Shown: positions 33,113 to 44,399, counted from the stretch's first letter. The stretch: DNA of 64,000 nucleotides from Alloprevotella sp. (GCA_017471505.1 JAFUTC010000004.1:127608-191607); one strand, 5' to 3'. Notes: generated by a model from the letters alone, not told the origin. Numbers and translations: made by a program.

Positions 33113-33817
33113 GTGAAATCCGACCGCACGACTACATACCTTCCCATCAAGGACTGGCAAGAGGACGACAGGCCCCGCGAAAAGCTCATCCACAAGGGGG
33201 CGCAGGCGCTTTCCAATGCCGAGTTGCTTGCTATCCTTATCGGCAGCGGCAGCCCGAGCGAGAGTGCCGTGTCGCTCACTAAGCGAATCATTGACGAGGT
33301 CGACGGCAGTCTGCGCAAACTGGGCAGATGCGACCTTGAAAGCCTTATGCAGTTCCGCGGCATCGGGCAGGCCAAAGCCGTCACGATAATGGCCGCGTGC
33401 GAGCTGAGCCGCCGGTGGTGCGAGGAAACGGCCAATCCACGCCCGCGCCTGCTTTCTTCGGCCGACGCCTATAACCTGGTGCGCCACCATCTCGGCGACC
33501 TGCCTCACGAAGAGTTTCACGCGCTGCTGCTGAACAACGGGCTGTACTGCCTGAAGGACGTAACCATTGGAAAAGGCGGGCTCAGCGCAACCGAGGTGGA
33601 CGTGAGGCTCGTCGTACGCAGTGCACTCCTGCAGAACGCCACGGCTCTCATCGTCTGCCATAACCATCCGGGCGGGACGCTTACTCCGAGCCGCGCGGAC
33701 GACCAGTTGACCGAGAAGATTGTCAAGGCCGCCCAACTGATGCAAATACGAATTATAGACCATTTGATAATTGGCGAAAACGGCTACTACAGTTATGCCG
33801 AGTCGGGTCGCCTGTAA
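33113..33817 (+). CDS. radC: RadC/UPF0758 JAB-domain protein
   Basis: RPREKL, LSNAELLAIL, GIGQAKA, HNHPGG..PSRADD, DHLII; GTG start inferred. Confidence 0.9.
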   Translation: MKSDRTTTYLPIKDWQEDDRPREKLIHKGAQALSNAELLAILIGSGSPSESAVSLTKRIIDEVDGSLRKLGRCDLESLMQFRGIGQAKAVTIMAACELSRRWCEETANPRPRLLSSADAYNLVRHHLGDLPHEEFHALLLNNGLYCLKDVTIGKGGLSATEVDVRLVVRSALLQNATALIVCHNHPGGTLTPSRADDQLTEKIVKAAQLMQIRIIDHLIIGENGYYSYAESGRL

Positions 33818-33833
33818 ACCAATCCAACCCCCT

Positions 33834-34154
33834 ATGACACCCACCGAACGAACAGCCATTGAGGAACGCATCGTAGAGGTACTGAAAACCGTCTATGACC
33901 CCGAGATGCCCTTTGATATCTACAACCTCGGGCTCATCTATCGCATCGACCTGCACGACGACGGAAACCTTGAAATAGACATGACTCTCACCTCGCCCAC
34001 CTGTCCGGCCAGCGAATTCATCGTAGAAGACGTCCGCCAGAAGGTCAGCACCGTCGAAGGAGTCAAAGAAGCACAGATAAACCTCGTATTCGAACCCGAA
34101 TGGGACCGCGAAATGATGTCGGAGGAAACGAAACTCGACCTCGGACTCCTATAG
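33834..34154 (+). CDS. DUF59/SufT Fe-S cluster assembly factor
   Basis: VYDPE, LGLIY, MTLTSPTCP, FEPEW. Confidence 0.9.
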   Translation: MTPTERTAIEERIVEVLKTVYDPEMPFDIYNLGLIYRIDLHDDGNLEIDMTLTSPTCPASEFIVEDVRQKVSTVEGVKEAQINLVFEPEWDREMMSEETKLDLGLL

Positions 34155-34176
34155 CGCCCCACGAAACCATAGCCCC

Positions 34177-34947
34177 ATGAAACCAATCTACTTTATCAGC
34201 GACGCACACCTCGGCAGTTGGGCCATCCAACACCGCCGCCAACAGGAACGCCGCCTCGTCAGTTTCCTCGACAGCATAAAGAACCACGCCGCCGCCATCT
34301 ATCTGCTTGGCGACATCTTTGACTTCTGGCACGAGTACCGCTTCACCGTGCCCAAAGGCTATACGCGCCTGCTCGGCAAGATAAGCGAACTGACTGACAG
34401 CGGTATCGAAGTGCACTTCTTCACGGGCAACCACGACCTCTGGGTCCGTGATTATTTCGAACGCGAATGTGGCATGATTGTGCACCGCGAGATGAGCTGC
34501 ACGACCGAACTATACGGCAAGCTGTTCTACCTGGCCCATGGCGACGGACTCGGTTCGGGCGACCGCAAATATAAGTTGCTCCGCTCCATTTTCCACAACC
34601 GCACCTGCCAACGCCTATTCGCCGCGCTGCATCCACGCTGGGGCATGTGGTTCGGACTGAAATGGGCCGAGAAAAGCCGTACAGGCCACGAAAACGCAGG
34701 CGGCGTGGTGCCGTTCCTGGGGGCCGACAAAGAGAAACTACTGCTGTTTGCCAAAGACTACCTAAAGAGCCACCCCGACATCAACTACTTCGTGTTCGGG
34801 CACAGGCACCTGCAACTCGACCACACGCTCTCCGACGACTGCCGCCTGTTGATTCTTGGCGACTGGATTACGCAGTTCACCTACGCCAAATATGACGGAA
34901 ACCGGCTGACCTTGGAAAACTACGTCGAAGGCGAAAGCAATCCGTAG
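34177..34947 (+). CDS. lpxH: UDP-2,3-diacylglucosamine hydrolase
   Basis: SDAHLG, LGDIFDFW, GNHD, AHGDG, FGHRH, LGDW. Confidence 0.85.
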   Translation: MKPIYFISDAHLGSWAIQHRRQQERRLVSFLDSIKNHAAAIYLLGDIFDFWHEYRFTVPKGYTRLLGKISELTDSGIEVHFFTGNHDLWVRDYFERECGMIVHREMSCTTELYGKLFYLAHGDGLGSGDRKYKLLRSIFHNRTCQRLFAALHPRWGMWFGLKWAEKSRTGHENAGGVVPFLGADKEKLLLFAKDYLKSHPDINYFVFGHRHLQLDHTLSDDCRLLILGDWITQFTYAKYDGNRLTLENYVEGESNP

Positions 34948-34973
34948 GAAGCCCTATGGCTGCCGCACAAAAC

Positions 34974-35014
34974 AAGCGAGTCGAGGCAAGCACGTGCTTA
35001 CTCCGACTCGCTTT
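34974..35014. terminator. Long hairpin between convergent lpxH and mrp
   Basis: aagcgagtcg-aggcaagca-cg-tgcttactc-cgactcgctt. Confidence 0.75.
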
Positions 35015-35031
35015 TCTTTGGCTACCGGCCG

Positions 35032-36138
35032 CTACCTCGTCACTTCAACCACATGGGTGGGAGGCTGCTCGCGGTTTCTGCGCTCCGTCTGGCCGACAAC
35101 GGCTTCCGCCAGTTCGGCAAATGCCTTGCCCACCGGATTTTCCTTGTCAAGGGCCGCCGGAACCCCTTCGTCGCCGCCTTCGCAAATGCCCTGAACGACA
35201 GGAATCTGCCCCAACAACGGCAACTGCATAGTGGCAGCCAGTTGCTTCACGCCCTCGCGGCCAAAGAGGTAGTACTTGTGCGTCGGCAGTTCAGCAGGCG
35301 TGAACCAGGACATATTTTCCACCAGTCCCAAAATGGGCACATTCACCTTGTCGTTCATATACATGTCGATGCCTTTCTTAGCATCAGCAAGCGCCACCGC
35401 CTGCGGCGTCGACACAATAACGGCGCCGGTGAGCGCAAGCGTCTGCAACAGCGTCAGGTGAATATCGGACGTGCCTGGCGGCGTGTCTAAAATGAAATAG
35501 TCCAAGTCGCCCCAGTCGGCATCGGCAATGAGTTGCTTGAGTGCATTACTGGCCATAGCGCCGCGCCAAAGCGTGGCGGTGTCGGGATTGACAAAGAAGC
35601 CGATTGACAATATCTTCACGCCGTATTTCTCGGCTGGAACAATCAGTTCGCGCCCGTCTTTTTCAATCATGAATATCTGCTCGTTCTCGAGATGGAACAT
35701 TTTCGGCATACTGGGCCCGAAAATGTCGGCGTCGAGTAGTCCGACCTTGTAGCCGGCTTGTGCAAGCGCCACAGCCAAGTTGGCTGCCACGGTGCTCTTG
35801 CCTACTCCGCCCTTGCCCGAACTGACTGCCACGATATTGCGCACGTCGGGCAGGAGCTTGCCTGCTTCCGGCCTGGCCGCCTGACGGGTCCTCACGCTGA
35901 TTGCCACGTTCAACGACTTATCGACAAAGGCATGCAAGGTGGCTTCTGCCGACTTCACGACTGACTTAATAAACGGGTCGGTCTCTTTCTCAAAGATTAG
36001 CGAGAACGACACGTTCATCCCATCAATGCGGATATTGTCGTCGACCATTTCGGCTTCGACCAGGTTTTTTCCGCTACCGGGATAGCGCACTTTCTCAAGT
36101 GCCTCGATAATTTGCTTCGGATAGACTGTTGTTGACAT
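35032..36138 (-). CDS. mrp: Mrp/ApbC Fe-S carrier ATPase with N-terminal DUF59
   Basis: SGKGGVGKST, DADIFGPS, DTPPGTSD, GLVENMS. Confidence 0.92.
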   Translation of the reverse strand: MSTTVYPKQIIEALEKVRYPGSGKNLVEAEMVDDNIRIDGMNVSFSLIFEKETDPFIKSVVKSAEATLHAFVDKSLNVAISVRTRQAARPEAGKLLPDVRNIVAVSSGKGGVGKSTVAANLAVALAQAGYKVGLLDADIFGPSMPKMFHLENEQIFMIEKDGRELIVPAEKYGVKILSIGFFVNPDTATLWRGAMASNALKQLIADADWGDLDYFILDTPPGTSDIHLTLLQTLALTGAVIVSTPQAVALADAKKGIDMYMNDKVNVPILGLVENMSWFTPAELPTHKYYLFGREGVKQLAATMQLPLLGQIPVVQGICEGGDEGVPAALDKENPVGKAFAELAEAVVGQTERRNREQPPTHVVEVTR

Positions 36139-36163
36139 ATTTGAATGGAGATATGATACTGAT

Positions 36164-36952
36164 TTATTTGCCCATGTCGAGACCCGACCGCTTCTGGCGA
36201 TTATAGGAGCGGTAGGTGTCATATTCAATCTCGACGTCAGGTTCCGTCAACGAACCCGTCGCAGGCAATGCAAACTGAAGATACTTTATGGTGATGCCGC
36301 GCTGGAGCCACTGCTGCTCGTAGTAGGTACGGATGTGGAGGATTTTGGCCTCGCTGTCGCTCAACGGCTCCGTGTAGATGTCCGTCAACTCACGCTTCAG
36401 CGGCAACTGGTTGGTGCGCACCACATATTGCGTATAGGTAAACAGAAACTGGCTGTCGGTTTTCAGGTGAATGAGTCCGTTGTCGACAAGCAGGTGCCTG
36501 TAGCGTTCGAGAAAATAGGTCGAGGTGAGCCGCTTCGTAGGCTTTTTCATCTGAGGGTCGCTGAACGTGAGCCATATCTCACTGACCTCGTTCGCCCCGA
36601 AGAAATAGTCGAGGAACTCAATACCCGTGCGCAAAAATGCCACGTTGGCAAGACCTTCGTCCAAGGCTTGCTTGGCGCCGGTCCACAGTCGTGCGCCCTT
36701 CAAGTCAACTCCGATAAAATTCTTGTCGGGGAACAATCGGGCCAAGGCAACGGTATATTCGCCACGGCCACAGCCCAGTTCGAGAACAATGGGATGGTCG
36801 TTGCCAAAAACTTTTGTGCCCCACTCGCCACGCCCTATCTCGACGTCGCCTTTCTTAAGTTTTTCGCCGGCGCGAACGGCCTTTTCCGGACACTGATAGA
36901 CGTTCGGAAAGACTTCCAGGTCGGCGAATTTCGCCAGTTTATTCTTTCCCAT
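36164..36952 (-). CDS. trmB: tRNA (guanine-N7)-methyltransferase
   Basis: [25 protein letters not shown]. Confidence 0.92.
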   Translation of the reverse strand: MGKNKLAKFADLEVFPNVYQCPEKAVRAGEKLKKGDVEIGRGEWGTKVFGNDHPIVLELGCGRGEYTVALARLFPDKNFIGVDLKGARLWTGAKQALDEGLANVAFLRTGIEFLDYFFGANEVSEIWLTFSDPQMKKPTKRLTSTYFLERYRHLLVDNGLIHLKTDSQFLFTYTQYVVRTNQLPLKRELTDIYTEPLSDSEAKILHIRTYYEQQWLQRGITIKYLQFALPATGSLTEPDVEIEYDTYRSYNRQKRSGLDMGK

Positions 36953-37139
36953 CGTTCAGTAGGAGATTTACGTCGGTTTCCGTCTGCTTTAGTTTTTCCC
37001 GACAAAGCGCCAGCAGTTTTTTTGCCTCGGCCAGTTTGCCGGAAAGGGCGTCAAGATTGGTTTCTCCCTTCTCGAGTTCACCCACAAGTTCCTCCACGCG
37101 TGCAATGGCTTCTTCGTAAGTCAGTTCGTTGTGATTCAT
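36939..37139 (-). CDS. xseB: Exodeoxyribonuclease VII small subunit
   Basis: [16 protein letters not shown]; directly downstream of xseA. Confidence 0.88.
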   Translation of the reverse strand: MNHNELTYEEAIARVEELVGELEKGETNLDALSGKLAEAKKLLALCREKLKQTETDVNLLLNDGKE

Positions 37140-37159
37140 TTTATAATAATATGGTAGTT

Positions 37160-38500
37160 TCAATTTGGAAGGTTTGTTTCGCTCAACGGGTCAAACTCTG
37201 GGTTCGGCTCTACCCTTTCAACCGTGCTGTCAATAATGCCAACGGCCATCTGCGTACGGATTTTGGCGCCCGGCACAAGGTCTTTCACGTCGCGCACTAT
37301 GTGGCCGTCGCTTGTCGTAATGCTATAGCCACGGCGCAGCATCTGGCGAGGGTCGTTCACCGTCAGCCGATGCTGCAGGTCGGTGATTTTGTTTTTTTCG
37401 TCGGCAAGTGCTTGCACAGCGGCCTTTTGCATCCGTGCCCAAGCCGTTTCGACACGCAAGTTCTCCGTTCCGACAATCCGCAAAGCCTGTTGGCTTAGTG
37501 CGTACTCCAGTTCTCTGAGACGGCTTCGCTGCAGTTGAAGGAAACGCAAATGGGCCACGTTGTAGCGCAACAGCAGTTGCTGGAGTCGGGCGTTATGTTG
37601 CTGGACAATCTGCAAGGCTTTCTGCCGCAGCGCATCGGCCAGTCCTTCCACCGTATCGTATTCGGACTGGCGCAGGGCTATGAGATAGGCCGCCACAGCC
37701 GTGGGAGTCTTCAGCCGGCTATGGGCAACCAGGTCCACCACGCTTTCGTCGCGTTCATGCCCTATCCCCGTGAGCACCGGCAACGGAAATTGTGCCACGT
37801 TAGACGCCAGTTCGTAGTCGTCGAAAGCACTTAGGTCCACCACCGAACCACCTCCACGAATAATTACCACGGCTTCCCACTGGTCGTCCTGGGCAATCTG
37901 CTCCAAAGCCTCCACGATGTCGGCGGCGGCCTGTCGGCCCTGCATGGCGCATGGGAATAGTTGCAGGTGGAAATGGTAGCCGGACTGGCTCAACTGTTGC
38001 ATGAAATCGCCATAGCCTGCTGCCGTCTCGGCCGATATGATTGCCAAGCGCGACAACGGTCGCGGCATGGTCAGTTGTTTATTCAGTTCGAACACGCCTT
38101 CGTCCTGGAGACGCGCTATCGTTTCCTGTCGGCGCCGCGCCATATCGCCCAGCGAAAAAGACGGGTCGATATCCATGATATTCAGGCTGTAGCCGTATTG
38201 TTCGTGGAAGCAAATCTCGACTTCCACAAGAATTTTCATGCCCGCCTCTAAATTGCCACCCGTCACTCTGCGGAACTCGTTGGCAATAAGCGTGTAGTTT
38301 TCGCGCCAGATATGCGCCCGAGCCTGTGCAATTAAGCCCTGCCTCGGCGAGCGCTCAACAAGTTCCAAATAGCAATGCCTGTTGGCAGCCACACTAATCT
38401 GACTAATCTCGGCACATACCCAATACGATTCGGAGAAAGTCGCTTCGAGCGACTCCCTTACCATATTGTTCAGTTCAAACAGCGATGCGGCTTGCGACAT
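37160..38500 (-). CDS. xseA: Exodeoxyribonuclease VII large subunit
   Basis: WVCAEIS, IIRGGGS, TGIGHERD, KTPTA, LRRGYS. Confidence 0.93.
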   Translation of the reverse strand: MSQAASLFELNNMVRESLEATFSESYWVCAEISQISVAANRHCYLELVERSPRQGLIAQARAHIWRENYTLIANEFRRVTGGNLEAGMKILVEVEICFHEQYGYSLNIMDIDPSFSLGDMARRRQETIARLQDEGVFELNKQLTMPRPLSRLAIISAETAAGYGDFMQQLSQSGYHFHLQLFPCAMQGRQAAADIVEALEQIAQDDQWEAVVIIRGGGSVVDLSAFDDYELASNVAQFPLPVLTGIGHERDESVVDLVAHSRLKTPTAVAAYLIALRQSEYDTVEGLADALRQKALQIVQQHNARLQQLLLRYNVAHLRFLQLQRSRLRELEYALSQQALRIVGTENLRVETAWARMQKAAVQALADEKNKITDLQHRLTVNDPRQMLRRGYSITTSDGHIVRDVKDLVPGAKIRTQMAVGIIDSTVERVEPNPEFDPLSETNLPN

Positions 38501-38756
38501 AGGGACTTAGAGTTGTGGAAAAGTTCCATGGAGCCTTGGCATAAAGATGACATGATAAAGACCCCTTCGGTATGCAAAAATAAACGAAACGGTCGAATAT
38601 TCCATTATGCAATCGTCCAAAACCACCTTTCATCCGACACCCCTGAACTTTGCGCCGATAGTTTCCCCTACCGCCTATTTTGCAAAAACTATTGGGAAAA
38701 TAGGCCCTTATACTTAATTTTTGTCTATCTTCGCAGTTTAAACACATATACTATTT

Positions 38757-39848
38757 ATGTCAGACAAAATATACCTTACAGGCGACCGCCCCACAGGTCG
38801 TCTTCACATCGGTCACTATGTAGGCTCTCTGAAACGCCGTGTTGAGATTCAGGAATCCGAGGACTACAAGAAACTTTTCATATTCATTGCCGATGCACAA
38901 GCATTGACCGACAACATAGATAACCCCGAAAAAGTCCGTCAGAATGTGATAGAAGTCGCTTTGGACTACTTGTCGGTCGGTCTGAACCCCGAAAAATCCA
39001 CGCTCTTTATCCAAAGCCAGATTCCCGAACTGACTGAGCTCAGTTTCTACTTCATGGACCTTGTCACCGTAAGCCGATTGCAGCGCAACCCTACGGTGAA
39101 GACCGAGATTCATATGCGAGGCTTTGACGCAAGCATACCCGTAGGCTTTTTCACCTATCCCATCAGCCAGGCGGCCGATATAACCGCCTTCAAGGCTACT
39201 CACGTCCCCGTGGGCGAAGATCAGAAACCGATGCTGGAGCAGACGGTCGAAATCGTGCGCCGTTTTAACTACATCTACGGTAATACCCTCGTCGAACCCA
39301 AGATTGTGCTGCCGCAGAACAATGCTTGTCTGCGCCTGCCCGGTACGGACGGCAAGGCAAAGATGAGTAAGAGCCTTGGAAACTGCATTTATCTTTCCGA
39401 AGAACCCAAGGAACTCAAGCAGAAAGTCATGTCGATGTACACCGACCCCCTGCATATCCATGTGGAAGACCCCGGGCATCTGGAAGGCAACTCTGTTTTC
39501 ACCTACCTGGACGCATTTTGCCGTCCGGAACACTTTGCTGAATTCTGGCCCGACTATGCTTCGCTCGACGAGGTTAAGGAACACTACCAGAAAGGTGGGT
39601 TGGGCGACATGAAAGTAAAGAAGTTCCTGAACAACATCTTACAGGCCGAACTCGAACCCATACGCAATCGTCGCGCTGCCTTCGAGAAAGACATTCCCGC
39701 CGTATACGAAATGCTGCGGAAAGGTACGGAAGAGGCCCGCAACGTTGCTGCGCAGACGCTCAGCGAGGTCAAGCGCGCTATGAAAATAAACTATTTCGAC
39801 GACGCCGAACTCATTGCCGAGCAAAGCAAGCGTTTCCAGAACCCATAG
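38757..39848 (+). CDS. trpS: Tryptophan--tRNA ligase
   Basis: [25 protein letters not shown]. Confidence 0.95.
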   Translation: MSDKIYLTGDRPTGRLHIGHYVGSLKRRVEIQESEDYKKLFIFIADAQALTDNIDNPEKVRQNVIEVALDYLSVGLNPEKSTLFIQSQIPELTELSFYFMDLVTVSRLQRNPTVKTEIHMRGFDASIPVGFFTYPISQAADITAFKATHVPVGEDQKPMLEQTVEIVRRFNYIYGNTLVEPKIVLPQNNACLRLPGTDGKAKMSKSLGNCIYLSEEPKELKQKVMSMYTDPLHIHVEDPGHLEGNSVFTYLDAFCRPEHFAEFWPDYASLDEVKEHYQKGGLGDMKVKKFLNNILQAELEPIRNRRAAFEKDIPAVYEMLRKGTEEARNVAAQTLSEVKRAMKINYFDDAELIAEQSKRFQNP

Positions 39849-39863
39849 TCCGTCCGCTACGCC

Positions 39864-40718
39864 ATGTTCACTATCAACTGCCGACAGACGCTTGTTGAAT
39901 TCCCCCGCCCCGCGGTGATGGGGATTGTGAACATTACCCCCGATTCGTTTTATTCGGAGAGCCGCACCGAAAGCATCGACCAGATTGTCGCTCGCATACA
40001 GCAAGTCGTCGCAGAAGGCGCAGATATCATCGACATAGGTGCATGCAGCACGCGGCCTGACGGTGATTTTGCCTCCGAGCAAGAAGAAATCGACCGGCTG
40101 CGCCGTGCACTGCCCGTGATCAAGCAAGTTGCTCCCGACGCGCTCCTTTCTGTCGACACGTTCCGCAGTCAGGTAGCCAAAATGTGCGTGGAAGAATTCG
40201 GAGCCGATATTGTCAACGACATCTCGGGCGGGAGTCTTGACCGCGACATGTATCGCACAGTGGCACGACTCCGTGTTCCCTATGTGCTCACCCATTATCC
40301 ATGCACACAGAACAACCGGATTGACACCGCCGATACGACCGCCGTCATGCCCGACCTGTTGCGCTATTTTGCAGAACGCATACAGAAACTCCACAGCCTT
40401 GGCGCGGCCGACGTAATCATTGACCCAGGCTTCGGCTTCGGTAAGACACTGGACCAGAACTACGAGGTGCTGGCCTGCCTGGCCGACCTGCAAGTGTTCA
40501 ACCTACCCGTCCTGGCTGGCGTGTCGCGCAAATCGATGGTTCACAAACTGCTGTCGGTCAGCCCCATTGACTCGCTCAACGGGACGACGGCCCTCCATAT
40601 GCTCTGCCTTATGCAGGGTGCGCAAATACTGCGTGTCCACGACGTGAAGGCCGCCCGCGAAGCCATAAAGATTTATTCCACCTATCAACAATCCAAAGAA
40701 ACCCATGTTCAACTTTGA
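39864..40718 (+). CDS. folP: Dihydropteroate synthase
   Basis: MGIVNITPDSF, STRP, DPGFGFGK, SRKS, LRVHDV. Confidence 0.94.
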   Translation: MFTINCRQTLVEFPRPAVMGIVNITPDSFYSESRTESIDQIVARIQQVVAEGADIIDIGACSTRPDGDFASEQEEIDRLRRALPVIKQVAPDALLSVDTFRSQVAKMCVEEFGADIVNDISGGSLDRDMYRTVARLRVPYVLTHYPCTQNNRIDTADTTAVMPDLLRYFAERIQKLHSLGAADVIIDPGFGFGKTLDQNYEVLACLADLQVFNLPVLAGVSRKSMVHKLLSVSPIDSLNGTTALHMLCLMQGAQILRVHDVKAAREAIKIYSTYQQSKETHVQL

Positions 40719-41475
40719 CATCAAAGCCGCCATCGATATTCTACTCGTGGCCATCCTGCTCTACTATGTATGGAAGGTTATGAAGCAGTCGCGCGCTGCC
40801 AACATCTTCAACGGCATCATGATTTTCGTGGTAGTATGGGTATTGCTTTCGCGCGTTTTCGAGTTGCAACTCATCGGCAGCATTCTCGACAACCTCATGA
40901 GCATTGGTGCGCTGGCCCTGGTCGTATTGTTCGCGGAAGAAATCCGCCACTTCTTCTCCACCATCGGTAGCCAGCAAAACACCCGCCATATCTTTACGTT
41001 CTTCAAGAATAAGAAACAAGACCATTCGCACCGCACGCAGATTCTTCCCATAGTGATGGCGTGCCTGAGCATGAGCCGGCAGAAAATCGGCGCACTGATT
41101 GTCATCGAGCGCAACGTCGGACTGGGCGAATACATAGAGAGCGGCGAAAACATCGATGCTACAATCAGCCAGCGTCTCATAGAAAACATTTTCTTCAAGA
41201 ATAGTCCGCTCCACGACGGGGCAATTATCATCAGCCAGGGCCGACTTAAGGCCGCGGGCTGCATACTTCCCGTGTCGCACAACGATGAAATACCCAAGCA
41301 CCTCGGACTTCGCCACCGCTCGGCCTTGGGCATCTCCGAAAAGAGCGACTGCATTGCCATCTGCGTCTCGGAAGAAACCGGAGAAATCAGCATTGCCAAC
41401 GAACGCGAGTTGCGTCTGGGACTCTCCTACGAAGAACTCGAGCAAGAACTCACCCGCAACTGGGTGGACCAATAG
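40705..41475 (+). CDS. cdaA: Diadenylate cyclase CdaA
   Basis: Three transmembrane segments, then GALIV, PLHDGA, GLRHR, VSEETG. Confidence 0.92.
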   Translation: MFNFDIKAAIDILLVAILLYYVWKVMKQSRAANIFNGIMIFVVVWVLLSRVFELQLIGSILDNLMSIGALALVVLFAEEIRHFFSTIGSQQNTRHIFTFFKNKKQDHSHRTQILPIVMACLSMSRQKIGALIVIERNVGLGEYIESGENIDATISQRLIENIFFKNSPLHDGAIIISQGRLKAAGCILPVSHNDEIPKHLGLRHRSALGISEKSDCIAICVSEETGEISIANERELRLGLSYEELEQELTRNWVDQ

Positions 41476-41516
41476 CCCGTCAAACCACATTATTTCGTAT
41501 TCAGTTAGAAACCCAT

Positions 41517-41524
41517 TATCTTTG
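41517..41524 (+). promoter_or_regulatory. Sigma-A -7 box for psd-pssA
   Basis: TATCTTTG. Confidence 0.6.
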
Positions 41525-41582
41525 CCTGTCGCAACCGACCAATTCACCCTTACAACCGACTAACAAAAACACAACTCTCATA

Positions 41583-42278
41583 ATGCGCAAGTTTAAGCAT
41601 ATCAAAATCATCCGCCTGCACCATGAAGGCACCCACACCCTCTTTCTCGTTGGGTTCGGGCTCCTTCTTCTCAACGTGCTGGCCTATTACACGATGAAGG
41701 ATGTCGCCCCGTCTGTCTTCTACATCACGTTGGGCATCAGCATATTCCTATACGCCGTCATCGTAAACTTCTTCCGTTGTCCCATCCGCGTATTCAACGG
41801 AGAGAGAGAAAACTCCGTGGTGGCTGCAGCCGACGGTAAAGTGGTGGTCGTAGAGGAAACCGAAGAGAAAGAATACTTCCACGACCGCCGAATCATGGTC
41901 AGCATCTTTATGTCAGTAACCAATGTGCATGCCAACTGGTTCCCCGTGAACGGCACCATAAAGAAGGTGGAGCATCAGAGCGGCAATTTCTACAAGGCAT
42001 GGCTCCCCAAGTCCTCGACAGAGAACGAACGTTCCACCATCATTATCGAGACGCCCGACGGCCAAGAAGTATTGGTGCGCCAGATAGCCGGAGCCGTCGC
42101 CCGCCGCATAGTAACCTATGCACAGGAGGGTGACTCGTGCTTCATCGACGAACATCTGGGATTCATTAAGTTTGGTTCGCGCGTCGACGTCTATCTGCCC
42201 ATCGGCTCGGACATATTTGTCGAACTGGGCCAGCGTACTGTCGGCAACGAGACCGTCATTGCCCGGCTGAACCCATAG
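41583..42278 (+). CDS. psd: Phosphatidylserine decarboxylase
   Basis: [31 protein letters not shown] cleavage site. Confidence 0.92.
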   Translation: MRKFKHIKIIRLHHEGTHTLFLVGFGLLLLNVLAYYTMKDVAPSVFYITLGISIFLYAVIVNFFRCPIRVFNGERENSVVAAADGKVVVVEETEEKEYFHDRRIMVSIFMSVTNVHANWFPVNGTIKKVEHQSGNFYKAWLPKSSTENERSTIIIETPDGQEVLVRQIAGAVARRIVTYAQEGDSCFIDEHLGFIKFGSRVDVYLPIGSDIFVELGQRTVGNETVIARLNP

Positions 42279-42337
42279 GCTTGCCGTTTGTGTCATAAGT
42301 CCTTCCGCCCGAAGGCTCCTTTTCCCATCAAGATGCC

Positions 42338-43048
42338 ATGAAAAAACTTTATTCCCTACCTAACTGCATCACGTGCTGCAACTTGCTGTGCGGCGCCGTA
42401 GCCTGCTATTTTGCCTTTCAGGCATCCTACGGACTCGCATTCCTGTTTATCGTGGCCGGAGCCATATTCGACTTCTTCGACGGATTTGCAGCCCGCCTCA
42501 TCAACCAGTCTTCTCCCATCGGAAAAGAACTCGACTCGCTGGCCGACATTATCACATTCGGGCTTGCCCCAAGCGCCGCCGTATTCAGCCTGCTGCAACA
42601 GCAGTGCGCCACTATCAGTTCGCCCGCAGCCCCCTATCTGCCGTTTGCCGCCCTACTGATGGCCGCATTTTCGGCATTGCGCCTCGCAAAGTTCAACCTC
42701 GACGAGCGCCAGACAATGGGGTTCATCGGACTTCCCACGCCAGCCAATGCGCTTTTCTGGATTTCGCTGGTCTATTGCTTTGGCCCGTCAATTCCCCAGA
42801 CCCTGACATCGGTCGCCGTGCTTATCATAGGCGTCGTCGTGGCAGGGTTTCTGCTCGTTGGCGAAGTGCCGATGTTCGCGCTCAAGTTCAAGAATTTCGG
42901 TTGGTCCGACAATGCCACCCGCTACCTTTTCATAGCAGCCTCGGCCGTTATGCTGTGCGTATTCCGCGAGGCCGCATTCTGCTACATCATCCCCCTCTAT
43001 ATCCTCATCTCCGTCGGATTGACCGTCTTCGCCAAGCAGCAGTCATAA
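42338..43048 (+). CDS. pssA: CDP-diacylglycerol--serine O-phosphatidyltransferase
   Basis: DFFDGFAAR..GKELDSLAD, LRLAKFN, FIGLPTP. Confidence 0.92.
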   Translation: MKKLYSLPNCITCCNLLCGAVACYFAFQASYGLAFLFIVAGAIFDFFDGFAARLINQSSPIGKELDSLADIITFGLAPSAAVFSLLQQQCATISSPAAPYLPFAALLMAAFSALRLAKFNLDERQTMGFIGLPTPANALFWISLVYCFGPSIPQTLTSVAVLIIGVVVAGFLLVGEVPMFALKFKNFGWSDNATRYLFIAASAVMLCVFREAAFCYIIPLYILISVGLTVFAKQQS

Positions 43049-43063
43049 ACCCCGCTTTCGCCC

Positions 43064-43312
43064 ATGCGTGCCGTCTTCGGATGCTTTCTGGCCATAGTGG
43101 TCGTGTTCGCCTTGCTGGTGGTGTTGCTCCCGCTCATAGGCGCCCAACTCCTTTTCACACGTCTCCGGCAACCACGCACCCATGCGGGTCGTCCGCAAAA
43201 CGATGCGGCAGCCTCGTCGCATAAGGAGGACGATGCGGCGGCCGCCAATCGCAAGATTTACCGCAGTGACGAGGGCGAATATGTCGACTATACCGAGATT
43301 TCCGACAAGTAA
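43064..43312 (+). CDS. Small membrane protein (DUF4834-like)
   Basis: N-terminal transmembrane segment; C-terminal EGEYVDYTEI. Confidence 0.7.
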   Translation: MRAVFGCFLAIVVVFALLVVLLPLIGAQLLFTRLRQPRTHAGRPQNDAAASSHKEDDAAAANRKIYRSDEGEYVDYTEISDK

Positions 43313-43350
43313 TCCCCTTGCATTTCTCCCACTCCTCAACCCCTTTTCCC

Positions 43351-44340
43351 GTGAAATACTCCTTTATCATACCGGTATACAACCGGCCCGACGAAGTGGC
43401 CGAACTGTTAGACAGTCTTTGCCGCCAGACCTGCAAGGACTTCGAAGTGATTGTCGTAGAAGACGGTTCGCAGGTGCCTTGCGAGGACGTGGTCAACCGT
43501 TTTGCCGACCGCCTTCCCGTTCGCTATCTCAACAAGCCTAACAGCGGCCCCGGACAGAGCCGCAACTACGGAGTGGAACGTGCCTCGGGCGACTACGTGC
43601 TCATACTCGACTCCGATGTCGTATTGCCCGACGGATACGTGCAAGCCGTCGACGACGCGCTAAGCCAGTCCGACACCGATGCCTTCGGGGGGCCCGACAG
43701 CGCACATCCGTCGTTCACACCCACGCAAAAGGCTATCAACTACGCCATGACCTCCTTTTTCACCACCGGAGGCATCCGTGGCGGCAAACGCAAACTCGAC
43801 CGGTTCTTTCCACGGTCGTTCAACATGGGAATAAAGCGCCACGTCTACACTCGTCTGGGCGGTTTCTCGAAAATGCGCTTCGGCGAGGACATCGACTTCT
43901 CCTATCGCATTGTTGAAGCAGGCTTCACGACCCGCCTCCTACCCGACGCGTGGGTATGGCATAAGCGCCGCACCAATTTCCGCAAGTTCTTCAAGCAAGT
44001 CCATAACTCGGGCATTGCCCGCATACACCTGACGCGCCGCCACCCTGGCACGCTCAAGATTGTCCACCTGCTGCCGGCCGCCTTCACGCTGGGCTGCGCC
44101 GTGCTCATAGCCGGGTCGCCGTTTTGCCTATGGGCGCTGCTTCCGCTATTGCTATTCGCCCTCATCGTAGGTATCGATGCGTCGGTCCGCAACCGCTCGC
44201 TCCGCATCGGAACGCTTGCCATCGGAGCGTCGTTCATACAGCTCTGGGGCTACGGCACAGGCTTCTTGCGGGCCTGGTGGAATTGCTACGTGCTGGGCAA
44301 GCCTGAATTCAACGCATTCGAAAAGACTTTCTACCAATAG
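43351..44340 (+). CDS. Glycosyltransferase family 2
   Basis: IIPVYN, VEDGS, LDSD, GEDID; C-terminal transmembrane segments. Confidence 0.9.
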   Translation: MKYSFIIPVYNRPDEVAELLDSLCRQTCKDFEVIVVEDGSQVPCEDVVNRFADRLPVRYLNKPNSGPGQSRNYGVERASGDYVLILDSDVVLPDGYVQAVDDALSQSDTDAFGGPDSAHPSFTPTQKAINYAMTSFFTTGGIRGGKRKLDRFFPRSFNMGIKRHVYTRLGGFSKMRFGEDIDFSYRIVEAGFTTRLLPDAWVWHKRRTNFRKFFKQVHNSGIARIHLTRRHPGTLKIVHLLPAAFTLGCAVLIAGSPFCLWALLPLLLFALIVGIDASVRNRSLRIGTLAIGASFIQLWGYGTGFLRAWWNCYVLGKPEFNAFEKTFYQ

Positions 44341-44365
44341 GCCGCACGAGGCGGTCGCACGCATA

Positions 44366-44399
44366 GTGGGAACAGTCGGCAGACTGCTCCCATTTTTTT
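44366..44399 (+). terminator. Rho-independent terminator
   Basis: gtgggaacagtc-ggca-gactgctcccat followed by a T-run. Confidence 0.8.

Noticed and set aside
33113-33817. radC as a marker of a mobile element
   Set aside because: Full-length chromosomal form with the N-terminal HhH region, flanked by housekeeping genes.
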